A stretch of 61,231 nt of DNA, filler included, from 12 parts of 12 records of this genome joined end to end with filler, not necessarily neighbours in it, one strand, 5' to 3'. Counted from the first letter of the whole stretch, positions 46,536 to 58,368 are shown. Made by a program: numbers and translations. The notes: generated from the letters alone by a model not told the origin.

Positions 46536-48384
46536 TTAAAATGGCAAATCAAATGATGTCATCACGTTACCTCCTTTGATCTTGATTGCGTCTTTGTGTA
46601 GAGCCACTGTAAAATGCGCGTGGTCCATGGGGTAAAGCGCAGAGGTGGCGAGAGATACGTGGTGTATACCCTGCTCGTCGAGCACGCTGCTTGCCTGATC
46701 CAGTCCGTGCTCGTTGGCACTGAGTACAGCCACTACTGTGTCACTCTGGTGCAGGCATTCAAGCACCCGGTCGTGGTTCCAGGTCAGTTCAGTGGCCAGC
46801 CGGGGCTCGAGCGGACAATGACACAGAATCGCGACTTTCTGGCCCAGTTTCTTAGCTTGCTTCAGCTCATCAGCGAGCCAGTGAAGCTGGATCGCCCCCA
46901 CCGCTCCACTTGACGCTCTGCACTCGCTTGCTGGTTTGGAAATCTGTGCTTTGGACTCTTCCACCACCTTCATGGAGCACAGATTAGACAAGACCACCGA
47001 ATCAAGTGCTCACCGGGTGCAGCTCTGGCCTGCCTTGCATGCAGATGTCGTGGCTGTCCAGAGCGATCACCCGCCAGGATGGGCTCGGCTGGAGCGAGTA
47101 GTACCTCACCTGCCCGCCCGTGAGCCTCCAGCTATCCGGCCAATCACGCGCCTCCTCGCTCTGCCAGCCCCGGATGGCCGTGACTTCTTCCCTGGGCAGT
47201 GCTGTAGCCTCCAGCCCGCCCGCGACGTGATGCACCTGTAGCCTGCACTCAGGCCGGTTGGCAGTGGGTGCTGCCTTGTGCACACAGTGGTCGAGTTCAG
47301 CCAGAACCTGTCGGAGCGCCCGGACCTGGGAAAGCTTGGTCGTCAGCTGGGCCAGCTGGCCCGGCATGATCATGTCGCCGAGCATGACACAAAACTGGAA
47401 ATGCCGATCCCTAACATCGTTCCATGCCTCGACCACCGAGCTGAGGTCCACTCTCTGCACCCCCAGAGACCCAGAGTGCCTCACGTCGCAGAGCACTCCA
47501 AAGGAGGCATCGGGCGGGGCTGGTGGCTGTACGTTCGACGGGCGCTGGCTCTTGCACCAGCCCAGTGCCCAGCCAGGTGCTGGCACAAAAGCGTTGATCT
47601 GCTGCCCTGGCACCGCTGTGACTACTGACTTGGCTGCCGCTGTCTCGATTGGCTGCGACTCCGAGCTGACTGGCTCGCACGACTGCTCGGGTGGCTCATA
47701 CGGCCACTCGGGGGGCGGAGTGCAGGCTCGTCCGGCCAGCGTTTGCATGATCCTGTGCAGCTGGACAACAGCAGTGGAGTCGGTTGCTGGGCAGCCGGCC
47801 CCGTAGAACTGGCGAGCCCCGAGCAGCGACACGCTGATCCGCTCGAGCAGGTCCTCGCCGGTGGCCACGGCGGCTTGATGCTCGAGCGACCAACAGGCGG
47901 CCTCGCCCACCAGCGCGTGAATGGCCTGCCGCCCCGGGCCGGGCTCGGCCACCAAATGCTCCTCGAACTGTTCCCACTCCGGGCCGCAGGCTACCCGGGC
48001 CAGCCCGCTGATCAGCCGGCCGGCCTCTATGCTCTCGGTCTCCTCTGACCCGGCCAGAAAGCTCCAGAGCCGCTCCCCCCACCAGCCCAGATCGCAACTG
48101 TCAGCCAGCTCGCAAGCCTCAGCGTGCGCTCGCTCGCTCACCCGCCCCGCAAGCTTTGGCTCCAGCACAAATGCCCGGGCCAAAGCTTCGGCCAGCAGTT
48201 GGTCGAACACACCGCGCGCCACTCGGGTGGCGCGGAAGAGCCGTGGCCGACCGATGAGCCGCTCCAACGCGCTCTCCAGCTGTTGCAGCTCGGCAGCGGT
48301 CAGATCGCAGCTCGGGGCCTGGTTGCCCAGCCAGTACACTCGGTACTTGGTCAGATCAGGATCCTCGGGCTCCCACACCGACAT
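46536..48384 (-). CDS. ADPRM-like metallophosphoesterase-fold protein with degenerate active site and helical N-terminal extension
   Basis: FGVLCDV, MLGDMI, YYSLQPSPSWRVIALDSHD, GAVGAIQLHWL, CHCP, WNHDRVL, GIHHVSL. Confidence 0.75.
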
Positions 48385-49097
48385 CTTCGAACTCTCCCTG
48401 CGGGGGCTCTCTCCCCTGGCTGTGACGGGGAGGCTGGCTTTTTTTTTTGAGGCGTCGACAGGGTACCGGTGAAGTAACGGAAGGCTAAAGCACCGCCACT
48501 TGCACGTATACGCGTGCTCTAGCTGTAGTCGGTTAGTAGTCGGTAAGTCGGATCAATCGGTCCGGCTTGAGCAGTGCGAGCCATACCTATACCAGAGCAC
48601 TTTACGAGTGTTCAACAGTATGAGCGCCCCGTGTTGCTACCTGCCGATTTAATATCTTAATATCTGAGCCCTCAGGAGGTTCGCAGTTGATTGTTGTCCG
48701 AGCCTCACGCCAGAGTTGTGTTTTGGACCTCGTGGCAGTGCAACGAGCTGTCAGGAGGACCTATGTATACGTAGTTTGGGCTCAACTGCTCACCGTCACG
48801 CCGCTCAAGACACTTGTCGGTCGTTTCTGTCAAGAACATGGATCCATCATCCAAAATGGAGCTACAACAAGGAGCTCTTTCATGACAAAATGTCACCACT
48901 GCTCACTCGAGTATGGGTCCGGGGTTCCCAATCTCAATATGATCCCATGAATAAGTACTTATCCTCGCTCGCGCAGTTTTGAGCACTTAGTAAATACTAA
49001 TACGCAGTACAACCAAAGTGCTTTAATTAAGATGGTTAGGAACATGTGCAGCAGATTCAATTAAGAGCCTCGGCGGGCCAATGGCCTTGGCCCGCCG

Positions 49098-49776
49098 CTA
49101 ATACGGGAACGGGAATGGTGCTCCAGGGTGCGGATGTGGCGCTAGTCCAAGCCCAGGCAGCCCTGGTGCAAACTGGTCGTAGAATGGAGCAGCCGGGTAA
49201 TGTGGCGGGTACTCGGTCCCCTCGACCGTCTGTTCCAGTCGCTCACTATTGCAGAAACCAACGCGCCGTGCCGTCATGTCCTCCCAGCCTCCGACATGCG
49301 ACGAGAGCGGAATCCGCGCACGGCACTCGGGGAAAGGGTGAAGTTGGGGGTTAGACCCGCTCGGTAAGGCCCCGCTCCGGGGCTGGGCCAGGCCGGGTAT
49401 GCTCCGCGGCTCGGCTGAGCTGCAGTGTGGATCCTGGACAAAGCGCTTCGAGGCAAGGGCCTGCATCTGGTTGGTCGGAACATGCTGGCTCGCCTCTGCG
49501 GCTCTCCGGTGCCATCCCGGCGACCGACCCAGCTGCCGGGCTGCTCGGCCTGGAGGCAACTCGCCCGTGTACCCGCGGCCCATCAGCAGGTTGGCCTGGG
49601 CCTGACAGCGATCAGACCGCGCGACCACCGGCCGGCCAGCACCTTAGGCGAGTCCCCGGCCACCCGTTTGCTCAGTGCGACCGGCGAGGCGTTAGTCCTT
49701 GGTGCGGTATACATCGTGGCCAGCGCCTGCCCCCCCCACGCTCAGGGCCAAAGTTGGCGACTCTGATGAGCACCAT
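49098..49776 (-). CDS. Hypothetical Pro-rich protein; intron immediately after the ATG
   Basis: ATG|47-nt GT-AG intron|ALATMYTAPR...SPK|41-nt intron|AQANLLMGRG, joining ORF 49098..49628. Confidence 0.5.
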
Positions 49777-49852
49777 GGTGAGTCTGTACTGTAACGGCAA
49801 CTCCAGCGCAGTGCTTCCACCAGCGGGGAGAGGGGACGACGCTCGCTGTTCG

Positions 49853-50500
49853 ATGCAGCTGCGCATCTTGGGCCCGCGCAAGAAGACCATCCGGCTGGAG
49901 GCGGAGCCCGAGGCCAGCTTTGGCTGGGTCAAGCAGGCATTGTCGGAGCGCGAGTTCGATGGATTCCCGGCCTCCGGAATGAAGCTCGTCTACAAAGGCC
50001 TGTGCAGCTGCCGCCGGAGGCTGAACCACGCTGCAGGTAAGGCGCTCGCCGACGAGGCCGACGTGAGCGCCACAGTGCCGGACAATGCCAAGATCATGCT
50101 GATCACCCCGGAGGATCCGATGGGCGAGGCGGCGGTGGCTGAGGTGGCGAGTGTGCTAGATGGACTGAACCAGCAGCTGGCCGGAGCGGCGGCCCAGGTG
50201 CTGCTGGCTCGCAGTGGCACATGCAGCGGGTGGCAGGCGGGAGAGCTGGCCAGGCTAGACGAGGAGCTCACTCGGCAGCTGCTCCGGCTGGATGGAATCG
50301 ACACCCAGGGGCTGCAGGTGCGCTGCTGGCGCACTTCCAACCCATCGCCGGCTGCCAGGCGCGGAAAGACCGGCGTGACGCAGTGCAGCGTGCTCATGCT
50401 ATTGGAAAGGAGGCAGCCGCTAGTGGTTGTGTGCTGGGCTTATGATCGGCAGGTGGAAGTGTTGCAACAAGCCTTATCAACAGTTACTGATAATGCATGA
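49853..50500 (+). CDS. BAG-family co-chaperone (ubiquitin-like plus BAG domain); 4 introns
   Basis: Ubl MKLVYKG|KAL; BAG EELTRQLLRLDGID...ARKDRRDAVQR; introns of 39, 39, 41 and 40 nt, two with GC donors. Confidence 0.85.
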   Translation: MQLRILGPRKKTIRLEAEPEASFGWVKQALSEREFDGFPASGMKLVYKGLCSCRRRLNHAAGKALADEADVSATVPDNAKIMLITPEDPMGEAAVAEVASVLDGLNQQLAGAAAQVLLARSGTCSGWQAGELARLDEELTRQLLRLDGIDTQGLQVRCWRTSNPSPAARRGKTGVTQCSVLMLLERRQPLVVVCWAYDRQVEVLQQALSTVTDNA

Positions 50501-50706
50501 CATTCAACTAACATTCAACAAGAACTAGACTAGTTAACCAATGGCATTAAATCGATTTTATTTTTTATTGTACTCGTATGAAACCTCGCACTTTTTAAAG
50601 TACATGTGCACCAGCTTATGAGTGTACTGCCGTACTCGTACTCGTAAAAGCTTGAATCAAGATTCAGTGTGCATCCAAGCGTACTGCCCTCGTAAAAGCA
50701 TTCACA

Positions 50707-53700
50707 TCATTTCAAATCCCACACCTTAATCACAGGCTGATCTGCGTCGTCTGTTGCACTCAAAATGCGCACCGGACAACCGAGAGATTCTACGCTCTCG
50801 TTGCAGAGCATCAAGTGAGTTATACTCGAGTTGTGCGCCTGCACGGAAGTGGCTTTGCCAGCGTCGATATCGAACACCTGACAAACCTGATCAGCCAATT
50901 CAGCTGCTGGGAGTGTCACCTCGAGCCGGCCATCCTCTCCCCCACTCACCACAGTCCCAGTGCTACTACAATCCAACCCAGTCACCTTTCCTGAATGTCT
51001 CTGCAAGCTCTGCTGCAGCTCTAGTCGCGGGGAGTTGTTCTCACTTTTTTCCGGATCGGTGACAAGTCTCCATACCATGACCGAGCCATCACAGCCCCCT
51101 GTGACGACAGTGGGCACGTTTATACTCTGCAAAATGCTTAGCCTGAGTGACAAAGCCAACACTCCACCAGGATGAGCATCCACTGTCTGCACACACTTGC
51201 CTTGCGACAGATCCCACACACAGACGTGATCTTCGGCTGTGCTGGCTGTGAGTGCAGTCCCACAGCGATCAGATACGAGCTGAACTCTCCCTGCAGAGTG
51301 GCCATTCATTGCCGCCAGTACAGACGACTGCCGCAGGTCCCAAAGTCGGCAGCTTGAGTCAGCACCAGCAGTCAGCAGTTGCATTTTATTTGGAATGGGG
51401 TCCATCATCACCACTGGAGAGCCGTGCCCAGGCAGTGTGAGGGCACACACGGCCATTCGGTAGTCCCACAGCACCACCCGTCCGCCCTCTAGAGCGCAAA
51501 ATGCCAACGAATCGACCAGTCGAAGACAGCTCACCTGAGACCCACCCCGATCAAAGCTCAGCTGCTAACTATTTGGTGTTTTATGCACCTCCTCGCTTGG
51601 ACCATCTTCGGCTACTTGTATCTTGGAAGCTGGCTCACCGGAGCTCGACTGAACATCATGGCACATGAGCACCCCGTCCGATCCAGCGCTTACTGGTGCA
51701 AAATTCTCACTGATCTCGACTTGGGTCACCTGCACACGTAGGTGATTTTGTTTGTCAAGAGTACCAGGTACAACCTTGCCATCGTGCTTGGTCAGAGCGC
51801 ATGCAGCGGGCCTTACTCCTCCGCTCTCGACTGTATGATACCAAACCTCACCATTAACAGCCCCTGATAGCACTGATGAGCCCCGGCCCCACACACAGTT
51901 CACACGATCGGTGTGCTCGTACAGAGTTCTGACAGTGCAAGCTGGCTGCTGCATGGGCTCGTCCTCCATGTCTTCCTCTAGGTTCTCAGTGCATTCGCTG
52001 TTGGCAGGATCGGGTGGGTCCTCCTCTATTCTACTGCACCCTCCCAACACAGCTGCCACTGTCTCCTTGGAGCATCTGCGGCTTGCCAGCATCAGCCTGT
52101 CCCAGTCCACACTGCCATGCAGATTCCCCTGTGAATCGAGCCAGTATGGTTGCTGTGAGGCTGCTACAACAGCTGCCCAGCTCTGCGGGGTGAGCGCACT
52201 GCTCGAAGCCAATCCTTCTACCTGTTCAAGCTGAGCCAACCAGCTCGCCAGCTCGGTCCACTGTTCTGCTAGCTCCTGCGATGGACAGTGTCAGACCCGA
52301 GACAGGCGGTGATCTCACCAGCCTGACCGGTACCAACCGGCACAGCTTGATCCCAGCAGCTTGATGCACAGCTCCCGGCCCGAGGCCAGCACAGTGCTCG
52401 CATAGCTTGAGCCAGAATGCCGCGAGCGGCCGGTATTGTTCCTGCAGCCGGCTGGCCAGCAGCGCTAGTCTGCACTCGACGGGAGGCGTAGCAGCATCCC
52501 ACTCCTCGGGGCTTGCTTTGACTTTGGCGAGCCAGTCAGAGCGCGCCCGCTTGAGCTGTGCAGCTGGGCTCCCTCCTGCCAGCAGCACAACTGCTCGCAC
52601 CAACTTACTACAGGCGGAAATACCTTGCTTAGGGACACTGCCGACGAGCCGCGCGGCATCCGAGCTCCAGCCTGCATCCCAGTCAGCAGTGGCGGAGCCG
52701 GGCTGACCTGAACTCATGCCATCCTGCACAAATCTCTGAAACAGCGAGCTCGTGTAGAACCGCGACATGAACACCAGTCCGCCAGTAGCACCGCAGCGCT
52801 GCTGCCAGCGCTGCAAGAACCCAGCCTTGTCCACAAGCAGTCTCGTCTCTTCAGTCCCCCTGCCGCCCGGCATCAAACGCACACTGCAAGCGGGTCACTT
52901 GACTGCGGCTTCGAGCACCTGCTCGCTGCACGAGTCAAGCAGCTGAGCAATCCACTCCATGGCCGCCTCTCTCACCATCTGCTGCCCGACTGCTGGGGCC
53001 GAGATGATCTGATCCAGCCGCTGGGGCCGCTGCACTTGCTGCACCCGGGCTTCAAACAGCCTGGTGCCCGGTGGGTGGGGCAGCGCGCAGTTGACAGGGA
53101 TGCTCAGCCGGCCGTCGTCCAGATGCAGCTGGATCAGCGGCTGCAGGATCTTGGGATCGACCGCTGATTTGAGCCCCGCATGCACTCCGCCCAGGAATGG
53201 GGCAGGAGAGCCCAGGCAGCCAAGCAGCTGGTGCGGGATCACCGGGATGAACGCGTGTGGCCACGAGAGCGGCCAGAGCAGCCCGACCAGCGCTGAGCCC
53301 TGCCCATCGGTCAGGCCGTGCCGGGGGCGGGTGCACCACTAGAGAGAGCTGCTCAAGCTGAGAGCCCCACATGACCAAGCTCCGGTCGAGCATCAACCCA
53401 GTGAGCAGCATGGCCAGCTGACTGGCATCCACCGACTGCAGCAGCACCTCCAGGGCCCTGGGCGCGGGCATGGGGACCAGAGGTAGCTTTGCCTCGAGCC
53501 CCTCCCCGCACACCCGGAAGCGCAGCCCGCGCGACGGCGACTGCACCATCGGCACGGCCAGCAGACTGCTGATCTCGGCCGCAGGGACCGGGCGGCTCCA
53601 CGGCCGCAGAGCGGTGATGCACTGCAGCAGCAGCTCGGTGCATGGCAGCCGGGAGGTGAGGCACATCGCCCGGGGCAGGAAGCCGGCGCCATTCGAGCGG

Positions 53701-54055
53701 CACCTGCCCAGGCTGGCGGCGGCATGCGGAGCGGCAGGCTGACCAAGTGACGCAGCCGCAGTAAGTCCGGTCGCCGTGGTCGTCGGTTAGCACGAAGCTG
53801 TGCTTGCGGGGCGGGCGGCAGGCGGTTGTGTGCGGCTCGGACAAGTTGGGGCTGGCCGGGAAGCAGAAGGCGGCCAGGATGTGCAGGGCGGAGATCGGCT
53901 TGCCTTGCGCACCTGGCCGGAGATGCTCGGCCACGCTCACCCCCTCTGGCTCGGCGAAGTCGACCGTGCAGAGCGTCTCGACCAAAACGCCGCCCGGCAC
54001 AGGCATGTCGGGGCAGTTCGGCGGGAACGGCAATTTTTCGGTGTTGGGGAGCACT
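50707..54055 (-). CDS. DENN-domain plus WD40 protein (SCD1/DENND3-like Rab GEF); 5' truncated
   Basis: uDENN FCFP...HSFVLTDDHGDRTYCGC; cDENN SPAPFLGGVH; dDENN FMSRFYTSSLFQRF; multiple GH...WD repeats. Confidence 0.88.
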
Positions 54056-54155
54056 NNNNNNNNNNNNNNNNNNNNNNNNNNNNNNNNNNNNNNNNNNNNT
54101 TAATTAATTAANNNNNNNNNNNNNNNNNNNNNNNNNNNNNNNNNNNNNNNNNNNN
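54056..54155. other. Artificial contig linker
   Basis: N44-TTAATTAATTAA-N44. Confidence 0.99.
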
Positions 54156-57100
54156 CCCAGGCAAGGCTGCAGAGGACCGAGACCGAAACTCGTATTCATA
54201 TTATCGAAGACCTCTTCTAAAAGTGCAACCAAACTCGTATTCAAAGCATCATGAACTTCATCATGCTCGAGCCAAGTGCGCTCTTGCACTAATCCGGCAT
54301 AATCATGCAATGCTCGCGTGCAGAGCTGGTAATGCAACACTTTCGGGCACTTCGGACCTAGCTTCATAAGAGCAACTGCGATTTCAGCAACAGTTGATAA
54401 TGATGTGCTCATTGTCTTCAACATCCGAGCTAGAGTGAGTTCACAACAAGCACTGAGGGTATCCCGACCAGACTTAAATATCAATGTCCTCTCCTGCAAA
54501 GCCGCAAAAGCTCACAGAAGCTGGGTCAAGACACGACTGCCTAACCTGCACAAGGGCTACCACTTGCCGAACACAACTTCGAGATAAGCGCTCACCTAGC
54601 ACATCACGGGTAACGCGACTGGACGTGAGTGTTGACACAAGCAACAGATGCTAACCTCTACTGAGCATCAGAAGGACAAGCTGGGCATCGTGCCTCTCCA
54701 AGAAAATCGCCTGGCAGCATAGCCTCAAGGCATGCCAGGCAGTCTCTTCACCTGGAGCAGTTGGTCCCTATCCAGCTGCCTTAATTTGAGCGATTCGACA
54801 AACTCTAAATAGCGCAAATTGTCGCTGTTTGCGAGCGTTGAAGCTTCTTGTGGATCGAGCTGCTCCTTGTGTTTGCTGGCAGCTGATCTCTCCAAAGCTC
54901 GAACCTTGTGCTTGTAAGTAAGCATCCGCTCCTGAGCTGCCGTGCAACCCCTCATGTTCATCATGCCCCCAGGAGCACCATACTAGGCCTATCGCATTAA
55001 GGGTGGGGGTGGCACCATCCTGGAGGTCAGCGTTCAAAGTCTGCACCTGCTTGACCAACGCTTCCCGGCTCTTTGGGGTGGTCTGCTCCATGCAGAAGCT
55101 ATCCAACAGCAGCTGCTCCCCTAGCTGCACCTGAGAATCGAGCTCATTCAACTCGCCCAGGCTCCAGCCAAGCACCTCTGCACGCATCTGATCTCGCTCT
55201 AGTCGCATTTGGGCGTGTTCTGCGCCTAAAGTTTGGAGCTGGGTCTGCATCGCTTGCACTTGCTCTTGCAGCTTGGTAGCGTCTAAACTAGTGTCGTGGC
55301 TGCCAGCCAAAGGCCGCTCGGAGCAGCCAGAGCTCACAGAGAGCTGGGTAAGTGAGCTTGGTTCTTCATCTGGATCACAGCATGAATCAGGGCAGGATCA
55401 TGTGCATGCCACGCTTAATAAATAGGGCAGCCACCGCACTCATCTGGCATTGCAAGCGACGGCTGTGCATGTCTACCGCATATGCTGCCCCACCCAAATG
55501 ACTGCCCAGCATGAGCTCCGCCACCTGGTCGTGACAGCCCGCGTCTGGCGTGCGAGCTCAGCCTCCACTTGCACCCGCTGCCACGGTGTCAAGCTGCGCT
55601 TGAGCCGGCTCCAGCTTGCGCTGTCGGCATTGTTATGTGTTTCATCAGACGACCGGCCGGACCAGGTCCCGTTGGTTGCCGGGTTAACATTTGAATGATC
55701 GGGCTCATGTCCCAGCTGCTGGCGCATTTCAGCATTCTCAGACTGGAGACGCCGGATCAGCTCCAGCGATTCAGCCGGCAGCTCCTGCTGCTCGGTGTGG
55801 TTGATCGAACTGACCACAGCGTGCGAATGGACCAGCGCGAGCTCTGTCTGGAGACTCTCAAGCTGCAACCGAGTATTTGCCAGTTCGTGGTCCTTTTCGG
55901 TCAGTGTGCGGAGAACTTCCTCTTCGAGAGCAGCCAGCTGCTTCTGCATCAGCAGTTTTGCCCGCTCAGCCTCTTTCTCAGAAACAATCAGATTGCTTTC
56001 AGCTTTGCGGCGACGCTCATCTGCTGTCTGCTTGGCCTCTCGCAGGGCAATCACCTGCAGAGCCGAGTTGTTAGTCGACCATTCAGCATCGAGTGACCTT
56101 GTGCTCCAGCCCAATGGTCCCTCCTCGATCCCAGTCGGCCGAGAGCTCGCGCAGGATCGAGATCTTCTGCTGCTGCTGCTCCAACTGCAGATTAATGCTC
56201 GAGATCTCTTGCTGCTGCTGCCTGATTTGCTTGTTCCGCTCCTCTATTGCAGCCTCAAACCCGCGATACATGGCTTCAACCTGCACCAGAGCTGGCCCCA
56301 ACCAACAGCCAAACAACACCTCTTGCTGGGTCCATTTTGGCGAGAGCGGCTCCTGTATATCCTCAGGCGCGGCCTCGTCCTCGAAGACGAGCGGAGACGG
56401 AATTTGGAAGCCCTCGCTGTTGTCGGAGTTCCCCGAGCCCGGCTCTGCATGCTGGCCCCTTGCGTCTGGCGGACCAGACGAGATTGATGCTAGCGGCGAG
56501 CAGAGCGGCTCCCTCGGGCTGGCAGGGCTCTGCTGGACCGGACCAGTCTCCGGGCTGACCTGCCGCATGATCGATAAGAAAGCCTCAAAGTCAAACTTGC
56601 ATCCTGCGCCTGAGTGAGCGCCCGGCCCCATGAGCCGAGTCACCAGGCTCGGGCCGGGGCAACTCGCCAGGAGCGTATGCGCCGAGCACTGAGAGCATCC
56701 GGTCCCACTGGGCGCGCTCCAGGGGCCCGGGCTGGTGGTGGAACACGTCCCAGGCACTGCGCATGGCCGGCTCACGCTGATCACAGAACATGGCGTTCAC
56801 AACGTCATTGATGGCCTGCACCGTGGCTCAAATGTATGCCGGCCAGCACGCGGCGGCGGCACCTTGGGCGTGTAGCTCGATTTCTCCATCGCCTTGACCA
56901 CGGCGCCGGCTCGGGGCCAGTCCTTCGGCCGCATGCTCTGAGTGACCCTGGCCTCTAGCCCCGAGAGCGAGGCCCAGCTGTGCCCGATTGTGCTGCTCAC
57001 CGAGTTGATCCCGTCCTTGACGTGCGAGCTCAGCGCGTCCACAAACCCCTCCCCATCCGCCTCCGCCGGCGCTGGCTCCGGCTCTCTCTCGAGCGAAATC

Positions 57101-57300
57101 GACCCAAACGTGCGCGAGAACAGGTCCTCCTCCTCCTGCCCGTTCGGCGAGTCGCCGGCCGGGTCCTCGTCGCCAACATCAAAGAACGGCAGCCGGAGCC
57201 CTTTGAACCAGCTGTCGCCCCGCGGCCTGATCAGCTGCTCGTCGGCCGCCTCGGGGCCTGCGATGGACGGCCCCGGCACATCGCCGGTTTGGGCCTCCAT
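54156..57300 (-). CDS. Multi-exon coiled-coil protein with EF-hand-like segment; 3' truncated
   Basis: Chain of minus-strand ORFs (56797..57300, 56083..56784, 55473..56114, 54768..55337 and others) separated by ~40-nt intron-like segments; FDFEAFLSIM. Confidence 0.55.
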
Positions 57301-57481
57301 GCCGCCTCAGCAGTCGGCCGCTGCGGGGTCGGCGGCCCTGCGGGCGTGTGCTGCTTGGCGCTGATCCAAGCAGCGCACCTCGCCGGGATCCTGCGCTGCT
57401 GCAGCGCCTTTGTCGGGTTGCCGTTTGATCCGCTGCTCCTGATGAGCACCAGAGCAGCCTGAAGCGGGGCGCCAGCAGACC

Positions 57482-57925
57482 ATGTCCGAGCCGGACGGCG
57501 GGATCAAGCTGCTCGCCCGGCTCCGCTCGCGGGCGCTGGTTCGGCGGGCGGTGCTGCTCACCGGGCTGGCGCTCATAGTCTCGGCCGGTGCGCGGGCACC
57601 CGGGCTGGGCCGAGACGGGCTGTCAGTGTGCGGTGGGTTTGTGGCCGCGGTGGCGTACATTGGGTTCGGCCGGCTCTTCCTGGCCGTCAGGGTGCCGCTG
57701 CTGCTAGGGCTGGTCGCCACCCGGGCGCAGGTGCTGTTCGTGGCCTGGCTGCTGACGGCCACGCTGGCCTGGGTCGCCTGGAGCTGGTGGGCGGCCCCGG
57801 TGCTGTGCAGCTGCCAGGCCGGCCGGTGGGCCGACGTGGCCGAGCTGCTCGAGCAGGACGAGCAGAGCCAGGTGCCGCCGGCCAACAGTAGCGACAGACC
57901 CGGCCAGGTGCCCGACGAGCTATAG
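57482..57925 (+). CDS. Small multi-pass membrane protein
   Basis: 147-aa ORF with 3-4 hydrophobic helices and GC3-rich codons. Confidence 0.55.
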   Translation: MSEPDGGIKLLARLRSRALVRRAVLLTGLALIVSAGARAPGLGRDGLSVCGGFVAAVAYIGFGRLFLAVRVPLLLGLVATRAQVLFVAWLLTATLAWVAWSWWAAPVLCSCQAGRWADVAELLEQDEQSQVPPANSSDRPGQVPDEL

Positions 57926-58368
57926 CACAGGACGCTCGTAGGACACTCGGCGAGCAGCTCGGTCCGTAACTGTTTGCGGCATAGCTGTTGTGTGCTAGCT
58001 ACGACCAGTGAGTCCACTAGCCACCAAGAATTCCTACGAGGACAATTACGAGTCCCCGCATGGTAATGAGTCGTAGTACCGGTACGCACTCGTACAGGTA
58101 CCCTACGGTACCGTACAAGGACGGTTGCGTGCCGTGTACAGTACATGGCTGCACATGGCTGTCCATCAAAGGCATCAACCCTTCGTTGAAAGCGAATCCG
58201 TCCCAATTCGCACGGTCCACAAAATAAATGCAAGACCTGTACATGATTACAAGACTTAGTACTGTACATACTCGTACAAGCTGAGACATTTACATAACAT
58301 TAGTTCGCTACTGGTACAGGTCGAGTAGACGTACTCGTAATCTGGAATACGTACACTCGAAAAATGCC

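Noticed and set aside
7212-54155. Recurring TTAATTAATTAA flanked by N runs, resembling a repeat system
   Set aside because: Identical 100-nt synthetic spacers joining contigs. Adjacency across them has no biological meaning, so I infer no gene cluster across contigs.
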